From the NCBI GenBank assembly GCA_049296795.1, contig JBAQTC010000013.1, positions 90,527 through 154,526 of the forward strand: a DNA stretch of 64,000 nt, written 5' to 3'. Below are positions 21,643-30,411 of the stretch, in pieces; the stretch's first letter is position 1; each line of letters starts with the position of its first letter. The position numbers were made by a program, and so were the translations under genes. This DNA is from Burkholderiaceae bacterium (lineage in GTDB: Bacteria; Pseudomonadota; Gammaproteobacteria; Burkholderiales; Burkholderiaceae_C). The notes beneath the pieces are model-generated. The model was not told the DNA's origin and searched no databases. It saw nothing but the letters and a program-made list of their open reading frames with translations.

Positions 21643-22656
21643 ATGAAATACCGAAATCTTGGCAATTCCAATCTCAAAGTGTCTGCCCTGTGCTTGGGAA
21701 CCATGATGTTTGGCGACCAGACCGACAAGACAGAGGCGGCAGCCATCGTGGCCGATGCCCACGCCAGCGGGGTGAACTACATCGACACGGCAGACGTTTA
21801 CAGCTTGGGCGCAGCCGAGACCATGGTGGGCGAGTTGCTTAAATCCAATCGAAGTGACTGGGTGCTGGCCAGCAAGTTGGGTAACAAAATGTCGGATCGG
21901 GTGAACCAGGGTCGTTATTCACGCAGCTGGATGTTGGCTGAAGTTGAGGCCAGTTTGCGCCGTTTGCAAACCGACTGGATCGACATTTACTACCTGCACC
22001 GCGACTTCAATGACATGAATCTGGAAGAGCCGCTGCGCGCGCTGCAAGCCATGTTGCGCGACGGCAAAATTCGCTACTGGGGAGTTTCCAATTTCCGCGG
22101 CTGGCGCATTGCCGAGATGGTGCGTATCGCCGCTGAGCTGGGAATGCCAGGGCCGGTGGTTTGTCAGCCCTATTACAACTTGCTCAACCGCATGCCCGAG
22201 GTTGAGGTGTTGCCGGCCTGCCAGCACTACGGCATTGGCGTCACCTCGTACAGCCCGATTGCGCGTGGCGTACTCACGGGCAAGTACCAGCCCGGTGTTG
22301 CACCGGCACAGGAGTCACGGGCCGGTCGCGCCGACAAGCGCATGCTGGAGACCGAATTCCGCGATGAGTCGCTGCACATTGCCCAGCAGCTCAAGCTTCA
22401 TGCCCAGCAACGGGGCATATCGCTGGCCCAGTTTGCCACCGCTTGGGTACTGGCCGACCGCAGAGTGAACTCGGTGATTGCTGGCCCGCGTACTTTGCAG
22501 CAATGGCAAGACTACGGCCCTGCGCTGAATTACGCGCTCAGTGCCGAAGACGAGGCCCTGGTGGACTCCCTGGTTCGTCCGGGCCATCCTTCAACCCCGG
22601 GCTTTACCGATCCATCGTACCCGCTGCATGGCCGCAACACAGGACTAGGAGACTGA
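21643..22656 (+). CDS. aldo/keto reductase
   Basis: MKYRNLGNSNLKVSALCLGTMMFG...IDTADVY...YYLHRDF are AKR motifs. The track start at 21505 is an upstream extension. Confidence 0.85.
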   Translation: MKYRNLGNSNLKVSALCLGTMMFGDQTDKTEAAAIVADAHASGVNYIDTADVYSLGAAETMVGELLKSNRSDWVLASKLGNKMSDRVNQGRYSRSWMLAEVEASLRRLQTDWIDIYYLHRDFNDMNLEEPLRALQAMLRDGKIRYWGVSNFRGWRIAEMVRIAAELGMPGPVVCQPYYNLLNRMPEVEVLPACQHYGIGVTSYSPIARGVLTGKYQPGVAPAQESRAGRADKRMLETEFRDESLHIAQQLKLHAQQRGISLAQFATAWVLADRRVNSVIAGPRTLQQWQDYGPALNYALSAEDEALVDSLVRPGHPSTPGFTDPSYPLHGRNTGLGD

Positions 22657-23573
22657 TGCAGTCCGCTTTCCAGACCTTTCTCAACCCCGTCCTGCCGGTA
22701 TTTGCGATACTGGGCTTTGGCCTGCTGTTCGCACGCCGTGGTGTTTTCAGCGTCGCCGATGCGAGCGTTTTAAATCGGTTTGTGTTTTACATCGCGGTGC
22801 CGGCGTTGCTGTTCTCGCTCTTGATCAAAGCACCGATTGCCGAGTTTGAGTGGCGGGTGTTGGCCCTGTACTTCGCATCCGAAATCGGCATTTATGCCAT
22901 TGGCGCGGCACTTGCGCGGTTTGTGCTGCACCGCGGCTGGCGTGAATCGCTGTTGCTCGGCATGTGCGCCAGCTTTGTCAATCATGTGTTCTTCGTGTTG
23001 CCGATGGCCCGAGTTTTGTATGGTGATGCCGCCAGTGCGCCGATTGCCGCCATCATCACCATGGATTCGGTGCTGATTTTTTCCGTCACCATCGTCGGCT
23101 TGGAACTCAGCGAACACGGCATGCACTCCACCCGAAAAGTGGCTGGCTTATTGCTCAAACATCCGCTGTTGCAAGCCATTAGCGCCGGTATGGCTGTCAA
23201 TTTGTTGGGCATTCCCTTGCATGATGGGATCCACACCTTCCTCAGTTTTGTCGGCGCTGCGGCCTCGCCAGTAGCCTTGTTCGCGCTGGGCATCATTCTC
23301 TGGGCCAGCGGGATTGGCGCGCTGGACCGGGTAGCACTCGCCATCACCGGTTTAAAAGTGCTGGCACACCCGGCGCTGGCCTGGTTGCTGCTGGGCAGCG
23401 CTGCGCTGGCCACCCCGAGCTGGACCAGCCCGGCCCTGCTGGTCGCCGCCGGCCCCTGTGGTGCCATGCCTTTTGTGCTGGCGCTGCAATACAAAGTCCC
23501 GGCCGCCACCATTGCCAGAGCAATTATCTATTCGACTGTGATCTCGCTGGTCACCCTGGCGTTGATGGCTTAA
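22656..23573 (+). CDS. AEC (auxin efflux carrier) family transporter
   Basis: MQSAFQTFLNPVLPVFAILGFGLLFARRG and a roughly 10-TM profile. ATG 22656 overlaps the AKR stop (TGATG). Confidence 0.8.
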   Translation: MQSAFQTFLNPVLPVFAILGFGLLFARRGVFSVADASVLNRFVFYIAVPALLFSLLIKAPIAEFEWRVLALYFASEIGIYAIGAALARFVLHRGWRESLLLGMCASFVNHVFFVLPMARVLYGDAASAPIAAIITMDSVLIFSVTIVGLELSEHGMHSTRKVAGLLLKHPLLQAISAGMAVNLLGIPLHDGIHTFLSFVGAAASPVALFALGIILWASGIGALDRVALAITGLKVLAHPALAWLLLGSAALATPSWTSPALLVAAGPCGAMPFVLALQYKVPAATIARAIIYSTVISLVTLALMA

Positions 23574-23580
23574 CAGCCTG

Positions 23581-23980
23581 CTATCGATCTTTTCTTAATT
23601 AAGGACACTCGACCTTTCATCTTGACTCCGACATGGTTGGCGCGGGAGCAAGGCAGCGGTGCACTCAACTCCGCGGCTGTCCCCCTTATCGGCCTGGGGC
23701 CGACAATTCCTCCTTGATGCCGCTGCGCCGAGCGCACCACCGCCCTGCTCCTGCCAAGGTATCGGGTATTCCAACACCCAGAACGCCCAGTAGCAACTCT
23801 GTTGGATGCCCGGGTGTTTGGGGTGGGCGGCGCAGCGGCATCAAGGCGGAGCCCAAAGGGCGGGGGACAGCCGCGGAGCTGTCCACCCCAAGCGCCAGGG
23901 CGTACTCCAGTACGCAACCCGCATCCTTGCATCGGTACCCAGGCTGACCTGGAGACCTTAACCGTCATGAATTTTGAAAC
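23581..23980 (-). repeat. Family-B structured intergenic repeat, copy 1 (about 400 bp)
   Basis: Reverse complement of 27385-27770 at roughly 90% identity by eye. Perfect nested helices: 23669-23685 with 23862-23878 (17 bp), and 23712-23729 with 23829-23846 (18 bp). It ends about 25 nt before rnpB. Confidence 0.85.
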
Positions 23981-24005
23981 TCTCTGTAAGGGATAATGCA
24001 GTTGT

Positions 24006-24377
24006 GAAGCTCGCCAGACCACCGCTGGTGCAAGCTGGGAAACCAGGCACTGGAGGAACGTCCGGACTGCGTAGGGCAGCGTAGCAGCTAACGGCTGTCC
24101 ACCGTGAGGTGAGGATTAGAGCAACAGAGACGAGTCTGTGTGGGTACCCCGAGAGGGCTCTGCCTACATGGGGTGAAACGGGCAATCTCTACGCGCAGCA
24201 ATACCAAGTAGGCACACGCAAAACGAGGCGGTTCGCCGCAGCGTCATGACCGGGGCCCCCGGAGTGTGCGGGTAGGTAGCATCGAGCTGTTGGGGCGACC
24301 CACAGCCCAGAGTAATGGTGGTCACATGGGGGGCAACTCCCATGCACAGAATCCGGCTTATCGGCGAGCTTCACACT
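24006..24377 (+). ncRNA. rnpB: RNase P RNA, bacterial type A
   Basis: 5' GAAGCTCGCCAGACCACCGCTGG pairs with 3' ACAGAATCCGGCTTATCGGCGAGCTTCAC (P1). The universally conserved GGAGGAACGTCCGGAC (P4 strand), AGGGCAG and CAACAGAGA elements align to the E. coli M1 RNA layout. The ends are good to within a few nt. Confidence 0.92.
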
Positions 24378-24399
24378 TTTACCGGCCCAAGCAGCGCAG

Positions 24400-25128
24400 T
24401 TAAACGCGTTCGTGCAAGCTCATAAAGCGCCATTGACCACTGGGCAAGCCACCCAGAGCAATGCGGCCGATGCGGCTGCGTTTGATGGCCACGATGGGCA
24501 AGCCGGCCTGCTCGCACAAACCAGCAATCAGACCCGGGCGGTTACCCTTGATGGCGAAGCGCAAGGTTGTGATGCCGGGTTTGTCACTGCTCAAGCTGAC
24601 TTTGACGCTAGTACCTTGGCCGAGGCTGGCGCTTCGGTTCAATCGTTGCAGCGCCTCGGGCGAGACCGCACCGTTTATCTCAACCATCAACTCCTGCTCG
24701 ATCAAAGCCACATCCTCCGTCAGCTTACGCTGCACGCGCCACTCCTGGGTGAAGATCAGCAAACCGCTGGCCGCGTTCTCCAGCGGTGTGTGACACACCT
24801 GCGCCAGAAAATGGCGGCGTAACGGACGCAGGTCGGCACTGTCACCGGCCCAGTGGTTGTGAGTTGTGAGCAGTTGGGCCGCGACGTTTGACCCTTGCTG
24901 GGCGTCAAAGCCCGGCGGTTTGTGCAACAGCAAGCTAACCGGGGTGCTGGCCAGCAAGTTCGCCTCGGGGTCGAGCTCTATTGTTTGATTAAGCACCCGG
25001 TACTGCGGTTCTTCAATCACCACGCCATCGACCCGGACCCAGCCGCCTTCAATGTACTGCTCAGCTTCGCGTCTGGAGCAGTTCAGGATTTCGGCCAATC
25101 GCTTGGCCAGGCGCACAGCTTCGGTCAC
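24400..25128 (-). CDS. S4-domain / RsuA-RluF-family pseudouridine synthase-like protein with a non-canonical active-site motif
   Basis: An S4 domain (RLAKRLAEILNCSRREAEQYIEGGWVRVDG) is followed by an RsuA-family fold. The catalytic GRLD...GL motif reads TPLENAASGLLIFT, so the Asp is replaced by Glu and the Arg by Pro. Confidence 0.75.
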   Translation of the reverse strand: MTEAVRLAKRLAEILNCSRREAEQYIEGGWVRVDGVVIEEPQYRVLNQTIELDPEANLLASTPVSLLLHKPPGFDAQQGSNVAAQLLTTHNHWAGDSADLRPLRRHFLAQVCHTPLENAASGLLIFTQEWRVQRKLTEDVALIEQELMVEINGAVSPEALQRLNRSASLGQGTSVKVSLSSDKPGITTLRFAIKGNRPGLIAGLCEQAGLPIVAIKRSRIGRIALGGLPSGQWRFMSLHERV

Positions 25129-26783
25129 GGCGTTGCCATGCTTTGGAGTCGTTGCACGTGGGCCAGCAAAGAGCGGGTGGCTACCGGCCAGAGACGTTGC
25201 GGCACATCGTCGTAAGCGGCTTGCACCCAGTCGTCCAAACTGCCTTCGGGCTGAGCTTGCATGACGCGTGCAATTTTGGCCTCGCGCTTGAGCCGATGGG
25301 TCTTGAGCGCAGCAATGGCAGTGCCGGCTTGACCGATGACGTAGCCGTGGGCTGGCAGGATGAATTCAATCTGGTGCGCAACACAGGCCTGGCTCAAACG
25401 GTCCAGTGAGTTGAGGTAATCGCTCATATTGCCGTCGGGTGGATCGACCAGGGTGGTGCTGCCGTTGAGAATATGGTCGCCCGAAAACAGCAGGCCGTCT
25501 TCGAGCAACACCAGGCACAGGTGGTTGGCGGCGTGGCCTGGGGTGTAGATGACTTGCAGCGAGTGCGACAAATCGCCTTCGTCGTTGTGGCCCTTGAGAC
25601 TGAGAATTTGCTGTTCGAGCAACTCATGGTCGGGTTTGAATTCGCTGGCTGGGCGCGCAGTGGCAGCCGAGGTCAGGCCCCAAATCGGCGGTGCGGCGCG
25701 ACCCGCCTGGACGCAGCGCGCTTGCAGCGGGCGGGCTCCGGGCGCGTGGTCGGGGTGGGAGTGGGTGCAGACAATCATGCGGATATCGCCAGCCGCTGCC
25801 TGCCACAGTCGCTCTAAATGCGCTTCATCGGCCGGCCCTGGGTCGATGGCGATATAGCCGCAGTCGCGGTCGCCCACCAAATAGCTGTTGGTGCCGGGGC
25901 CGGTCATCAAACTCGGGTTTGGCGCAGTCAGACGCAACAGGTTTTTCAGCAGCGGAACCGGTTTTTCGCTTTGCCAGTCCAGGGTGTGGCGTATTTGGCC
26001 ATCGGGGCAGACCAGCGCCAGTTCGCCGTAAGGTGACTCCTCTTCGGTATAGCGCGCTTCCTCGCCAGCCAGCCAACCAGCGCGCGAACTGCTGGTCCAC
26101 AGCGGGTCTTCGCTGGCGGCGCAAGCCTGCAAAACGGCTTGCACATTGGCATAGTTTTTCAAATGGGCCAGCGTTCGGATGGTGGGAAACATCATGGAAA
26201 ACTCGCCACTCTCAAGCCGATCCAGCGCGGCGGCAGGACGCACCCAAACTGGCTCGAACTGTTCGGATTCATCGGCCACGGGCGTCTGGCCTGACGGCAT
26301 GCGGGCCACCAAAAAAGGCACATCAAAGCGTTGTGGGCGATTGCGGTCGGTGATCCAGCGCGCCAGTAAAAAAGTCTCATCAGTCGCCAGCGTTAGGCCT
26401 AAGTCGCGGCACTGCTCGACAAAAGGCAAGTTGCGGTCCAGCGCGGCTACGTCACGCTGGGTGGCCAGCGTGCCATCGGGGCGGCGTGCCAGCAAGACGC
26501 CAAGCTCTTCAAAACTCTCGCGGATGGCAGCGATGGCATGGGTCAAGTCGGAGTCGCTGTGGCCGGGGCGACGCAGGGCCTGGGGATGGGCTGCGGCATC
26601 GGCTGCGTCGACCCCGCCACCGGGAAACACTTGGGCGCCAGGGGCAAAACTGGCGCTGCTGGAGCGCCGGGTCATCAACACTTCTAAACCCTGGGGGCTG
26701 TCGCGCAGCAACAGCAAAGTGGCGGCGGCGCGCGTGGCCACCGGGACGCGTTGGGGGTGTAGGAGTTGTGAAATTCGAGTCAT
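25125..26783 (-). CDS. NUDIX hydrolase / MBL-fold metallo-hydrolase fusion protein
   Basis: The N-terminus has a NUDIX box (FPGGGVD...IRESFEELGV). The C-terminus has the MBL motif CTHSHPDHAPGA plus downstream His/Asp ligands. The stop overlaps the start of the next gene (25125-25128). Confidence 0.8.
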   Translation of the reverse strand: MTRISQLLHPQRVPVATRAAATLLLLRDSPQGLEVLMTRRSSSASFAPGAQVFPGGGVDAADAAAHPQALRRPGHSDSDLTHAIAAIRESFEELGVLLARRPDGTLATQRDVAALDRNLPFVEQCRDLGLTLATDETFLLARWITDRNRPQRFDVPFLVARMPSGQTPVADESEQFEPVWVRPAAALDRLESGEFSMMFPTIRTLAHLKNYANVQAVLQACAASEDPLWTSSSRAGWLAGEEARYTEEESPYGELALVCPDGQIRHTLDWQSEKPVPLLKNLLRLTAPNPSLMTGPGTNSYLVGDRDCGYIAIDPGPADEAHLERLWQAAAGDIRMIVCTHSHPDHAPGARPLQARCVQAGRAAPPIWGLTSAATARPASEFKPDHELLEQQILSLKGHNDEGDLSHSLQVIYTPGHAANHLCLVLLEDGLLFSGDHILNGSTTLVDPPDGNMSDYLNSLDRLSQACVAHQIEFILPAHGYVIGQAGTAIAALKTHRLKREAKIARVMQAQPEGSLDDWVQAAYDDVPQRLWPVATRSLLAHVQRLQSMATP

Positions 26784-26799
26784 GCCGCAAGCTCAATTG

Positions 26800-27342
26800 T
26801 TATTCCGGGGAGACGCCCAGCGCCACTAAAAATCGTGCCACCATGTTGTAGCTGGCAATCGCACTGGTGAGTTCGACCACACCGGTCTCATCAAAATGGC
26901 TGCGAATGGCGGCGAACACGTCATCGCTGACTTTGACGTCCAGCGTCATTTGTGCGGCGTACTGAATCACGGCTTTCTCAACCGGGCCGAACACGGCATC
27001 GGTTGGGGTGCTGCGCGGATGCATTTTGAGGTGCGAATTCAGGGCATCGAGCTCCAGCTGATTGCCGCCAGCGGCCAAAAAGTCGGGCGCATGGTGGTGG
27101 TACTCATAATGCGCCCCGGTCAGCAGTGCGACGGTACAGATACCGAGTTCGCGTTGTTTGCGGCTGGTTGCCAGGCCGGTGCGAACGGCTTTGAGATAAA
27201 CATTCCAGCCACGGGCCAGGGGCTCGCTCCACAACAGGGCTTTGTCCAAATTGAGCAGGGCACCGCCACGGCGCGCCACGATGGCATCGACCAGATCTTG
27301 TGGTTGGGGCTTGAGTTCGGGTGTCCAGTGGGGTAGTCGCAT
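26800..27342 (-). CDS. carboxymuconolactone decarboxylase (AhpD-like) family protein
   Basis: 180-aa all-helical protein with the LTGAHYEYHHHAPDF core typical of CMD-family members. It is the first gene of a three-gene minus-strand operon. Confidence 0.7.
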   Translation of the reverse strand: MRLPHWTPELKPQPQDLVDAIVARRGGALLNLDKALLWSEPLARGWNVYLKAVRTGLATSRKQRELGICTVALLTGAHYEYHHHAPDFLAAGGNQLELDALNSHLKMHPRSTPTDAVFGPVEKAVIQYAAQMTLDVKVSDDVFAAIRSHFDETGVVELTSAIASYNMVARFLVALGVSPE

Positions 27343-27384
27343 GGCGGTCTTTCATGAATGATTGTTTCGCAGGATTCTATTGAG

Positions 27385-27770
27385 AATTTCAAGATCAATG
27401 ACAGCCCGGGTCTCTAGGTCAGTCTTGGTGCCGATGCAAGGATGCGGGTTGCGTACTGGAGTACGCCCTGGCGCTTGGGGTGGGCAGCTCCGCGGCTGTC
27501 CCCCGGCCTTTGGCCTCGATGCCGCTGCGCCGTCCACCCCAAACACCCGGGCATCTAACAGAGGTGCTACTGGGCGTTGGAAAAGCCGGTACCTTGGCAG
27601 GAGCAGGGCAGTGGTGCGCTCAGCGCAGCGGCATCAAGGAGGAATTGTCGGCCCCAGGCCGACAAGGGGGACAGCCGCGGAGCTGAGTGCGCCGCTGACC
27701 GGCTCCGTTCCAGCCAAGTCGGAGATATGAAAGGAGTGTCGAGTTTCAATGTTTAAGAAAAGATCAATAG
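27385..27770 (+). repeat. Family-B structured intergenic repeat, copy 2 (about 386 bp)
   Basis: Inverted copy of 23581-23980. The same nested helices are present: 27488-27504 with 27666-27682 (17 bp, perfect), and 27514-27530 with 27623-27639 (one mismatch). There is also a GCGTAC-TGGA-GTACGC hairpin at 27451-27466. Confidence 0.85.
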
Positions 27771-27841
27771 TGATGTTTTCATCGCTCCATGCGGGCTTGC
27801 GTTGCAGGATCCCAATCGGAATGGATGGATAATTTGCCACC

Positions 27842-28693
27842 ATGCTGATTCGATTCACCAAAATGCAGGGCGCTGGCAATGATTTCCTTGTGCTCGACGA
27901 GACCCACACGCCTTATCGGCTGACTGCAGCACAGTACCGGGCGCTGGCCGACCGTCATTTTGGCGTGGGGGCTGATCAAATTCTTTCGGTCCGCCCTTCG
28001 CCTGGACCGGACATCGATTTTGAATATGTGATTCACAACGCCGACGGCTCCGAAGTCCAGCAATGCGGCAATGGCGCGCGTTGTTTTGTTCGTTTTGTCC
28101 GTGATCAGGGATTGACCAGCAAGGACTTGATTCGGGTCAAGACCCAAAGCGGTGTGATCGAATTGCGGCTCAACCCGGATGGCGAAGTGAGTGTGAACAT
28201 GGGGGAGCCGGTTTTTGAACTCCAGGCTTTGCCGTTCGACCCGTTGGGCTTGAGCCCCCAGCCCCATGGGGATTGGGCGCTGTGGCCGCTGGCATTGGAA
28301 AGTTCGGCCCCGCTGCTGGCACTGCTGTCGATGGGTAATCCGCATGCGGTTCAGATCGTTGAGGATGTCAATGCCGCACCGGTCTTGTCGCAGGGCGCCT
28401 TGATTGAATGCCACCCCCGGTTTGCTCAGCGCGTCAACGCCGGTTTCATGCAGATCGTAGACAGGTCCCATATTCGATTGCGGGTTTTTGAGCGTGGTGC
28501 GGGTGAGACCCTGGCTTGCGGCACCGGGGCCTGTGCCGCCGTGGTGGCGGGAATCCGGCTTGGACTGCTCGATGCCAAGGTGGCGGTGCAAACCCGGGGC
28601 GGGGTATTAAGCATTGAATGGAATGGCGCGGCCTGCGCCGTTCTCATGACTGGACCAGCAACAACCGTTTTTAAGGGTGAAATAGAACTATGA
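27842..28693 (+). CDS. dapF: diaminopimelate epimerase
   Basis: [28 protein letters not shown] and [17 protein letters not shown] (both catalytic Cys contexts). Confidence 0.95.
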   Translation: MLIRFTKMQGAGNDFLVLDETHTPYRLTAAQYRALADRHFGVGADQILSVRPSPGPDIDFEYVIHNADGSEVQQCGNGARCFVRFVRDQGLTSKDLIRVKTQSGVIELRLNPDGEVSVNMGEPVFELQALPFDPLGLSPQPHGDWALWPLALESSAPLLALLSMGNPHAVQIVEDVNAAPVLSQGALIECHPRFAQRVNAGFMQIVDRSHIRLRVFERGAGETLACGTGACAAVVAGIRLGLLDAKVAVQTRGGVLSIEWNGAACAVLMTGPATTVFKGEIEL

Positions 28694-29376
28694 GCAACCC
28701 CACGATGAATCCCATCACCGAAGATGACATCGCCAACTACCTGGGCAATACCCCGGATTTTTTCGAGCGCCATGCCGAGTTGCTGGCTTCAGTTTTCCTC
28801 ACCAGCCCGCACAGCAAAAGGGCGGTCAGTCTGCAAGAGCGCCAGGCTGAAATGTTGCGGGAAAAAATCAAGGTACTGGAGCATCGGCTGATGGACATGA
28901 TTCGTCATGGTAATGAAAACGCCATCCTCAATGACCGCATGTTGCAGTGGTCGCGTGACTTGTTCTTGGTGCAAGATCCCGTGACCTTGCCCGAGCTGAT
29001 TAGTCAAACCTTGCAGCATCAGTTTTCGGTGCCGCAGGTGGCGCTCAAGGTCTGGGACTTGGCGCCGGCTTATGCCGATGCGGAGTTTGCCCAGAACGTG
29101 AGTGAGGACCTCAAAGTGTTTGCTTCTTCCCTGCAAGAACCATTTTGCGGCGTGAATTCGGGCTTCGAAGCGGTCAACTGGTTGCCAGATCCGGCTGCAG
29201 CCAAATCGCTGGCATTGTTGCCTTTGAGCATGGGAGCGTCGAACAAGCATGCGCCAGCTTTTGGTTTGTTGGTGCTCGCTTCGCCCGATTCCCAGCGGTT
29301 TCACAGCGGCATGGGAACTGATTTTCTGGATCGCCTGGCCGGACTGGCCAGCGCTGCTTTGTCGTCCTTAAGATAA
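28690..29376 (+). CDS. DUF484 family protein
   Basis: [26 protein letters not shown]-terminus. It holds the conserved position between dapF and xerC, and its start overlaps the dapF stop. Confidence 0.8.
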   Translation: MSNPTMNPITEDDIANYLGNTPDFFERHAELLASVFLTSPHSKRAVSLQERQAEMLREKIKVLEHRLMDMIRHGNENAILNDRMLQWSRDLFLVQDPVTLPELISQTLQHQFSVPQVALKVWDLAPAYADAEFAQNVSEDLKVFASSLQEPFCGVNSGFEAVNWLPDPAAAKSLALLPLSMGASNKHAPAFGLLVLASPDSQRFHSGMGTDFLDRLAGLASAALSSLR

Positions 29377-29412
29377 TTTGGCAGTGGGGTCGGATCCCGA
29401 TTCAGGACAAAA

Positions 29413-30393
29413 ATGACCACCGACTCCGACTTTCTCGAACGAGATCGGGTTCTGATCCCAATGGCCCTGATCGAACGTTATCTCGAGCACGTCCGGGTCG
29501 AGAAGCGTCTGGCCCAGCGCACAGTTGAGCTCTATGCCCTGGATTTAGCCAAGCTGAGCGCTTTGGCGCAGCAAGCTGGAATTGACTTGATCCAAGTGCA
29601 AAACACCCATGTCCGGCGTTGGGCCGCCCAGATGCACGGCGCTGGGCGCAGTGGCCGAGGCATTGCCCTGATTCTCTCGGGTTGGCGTGGTTTTTACCGT
29701 TGGCTGGGGCGAGAGTCGCTGGTTGTCAGCAATCCGGTGCAGGATGTTCATGCGCCCAAAGCGGCCAAGCCCCTGCCTAAAGCCTTGAACGTGGATGAGG
29801 CGGTGCAGCTGGCCAGTTTCCAGTGCCAGCAAGACAGTCCGTGGCTGGAGGCCCGCGATTCGGCTATGGTGGAGCTGCTGTACGGCAGCGGATTGCGGGT
29901 CTCAGAACTGGTCGGGCTGGATGTGGTGGCCAGCGCAACCGCGCGTGGTTGGCTCGATTTGTCCGAGGCCCAAGTCCATGTGCTGGGCAAAGGAAACAAA
30001 CGCCGCAGCGTGCCGCTGGGGCGGCTAGCGCTGCAGGCCTTGGATCAGTGGTTGCTGTTGCGCGCTGCGCCCGAACACGCGGGTCAAGCCCAGCCCGCTT
30101 TGTTTGTCGCTCGCCAGGGTACACGGCTAAGTGCCCAGTCGATTTGGCAGCGGCTCAAACGGCGCAGCCTGCTGGCCGGCTTGGCCACGCCAGTCCACCC
30201 GCACATGTTGCGCCATTCTTTTGCCAGCCATGTCTTGCAGTCCAGTGGCGATTTGCGCGCGGTTCAGGAATTGCTGGGACACGCCAATATCACAAGCACC
30301 CAGATTTATACCCGGCTCGATTTTCAACACCTGGCCAAGGCTTATGACGCAGCCCATCCACGCGCCCGCATCGTCAAAGACCAGCCGATTTGA
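29413..30393 (+). CDS. xerC: tyrosine recombinase XerC
   Basis: Core-binding domain (YLEHVRVEKRLAQRTVELY) and catalytic residues ELLYGSGLRVSEL, LGKGNKRR, HMLRHSFASH and LGHANITSTQIYT. It lies in the housekeeping dapF-DUF484-xerC context. The start could instead be ATG 29461. Confidence 0.9.
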   Translation: MTTDSDFLERDRVLIPMALIERYLEHVRVEKRLAQRTVELYALDLAKLSALAQQAGIDLIQVQNTHVRRWAAQMHGAGRSGRGIALILSGWRGFYRWLGRESLVVSNPVQDVHAPKAAKPLPKALNVDEAVQLASFQCQQDSPWLEARDSAMVELLYGSGLRVSELVGLDVVASATARGWLDLSEAQVHVLGKGNKRRSVPLGRLALQALDQWLLLRAAPEHAGQAQPALFVARQGTRLSAQSIWQRLKRRSLLAGLATPVHPHMLRHSFASHVLQSSGDLRAVQELLGHANITSTQIYTRLDFQHLAKAYDAAHPRARIVKDQPI

Positions 30394-30411
30394 GTGAAAT
30401 GCTGTAGCTTC

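Noticed and set aside
23966-24005. rnpB promoter call (TTGAAA 23974-23979 and GATAAT 23992-23997).
   Set aside because: The spacer is only 12 nt, which is incompatible with a standard sigma70 promoter. No better -35 lies at the correct distance, so no promoter feature is reported.
23570-24022. 150-aa ORF (-) across family-B copy 1, matching the 122-aa ORF 27362-27730 (+) across copy 2. Both indels between the copies are multiples of 3.
   Set aside because: The composition is non-coding-like (R/G/P/A-rich), there is no RBS, and roughly half of the substitutions change the amino acid. The sequence is dominated by long perfect inverted repeats. The in-frame indels (3 and 9 nt) are noted but could be chance at about 1 in 9. 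I treat it as a non-coding repeat.
23958-24374. ORFs 23958-24185 (-) and 24189-24374 (-).
   Set aside because: They lie entirely within and antisense to the RNase P RNA gene.
29413-30393. Tyrosine recombinase as a marker of an integrated mobile element, or as the recombinase for the flanking inverted repeats.
   Set aside because: The sequence and the conserved dapF-DUF484-xerC context identify it as housekeeping XerC. There is no attachment-site tRNA, excisionase or cargo genes, and no dif-like 28-mer in the repeats.
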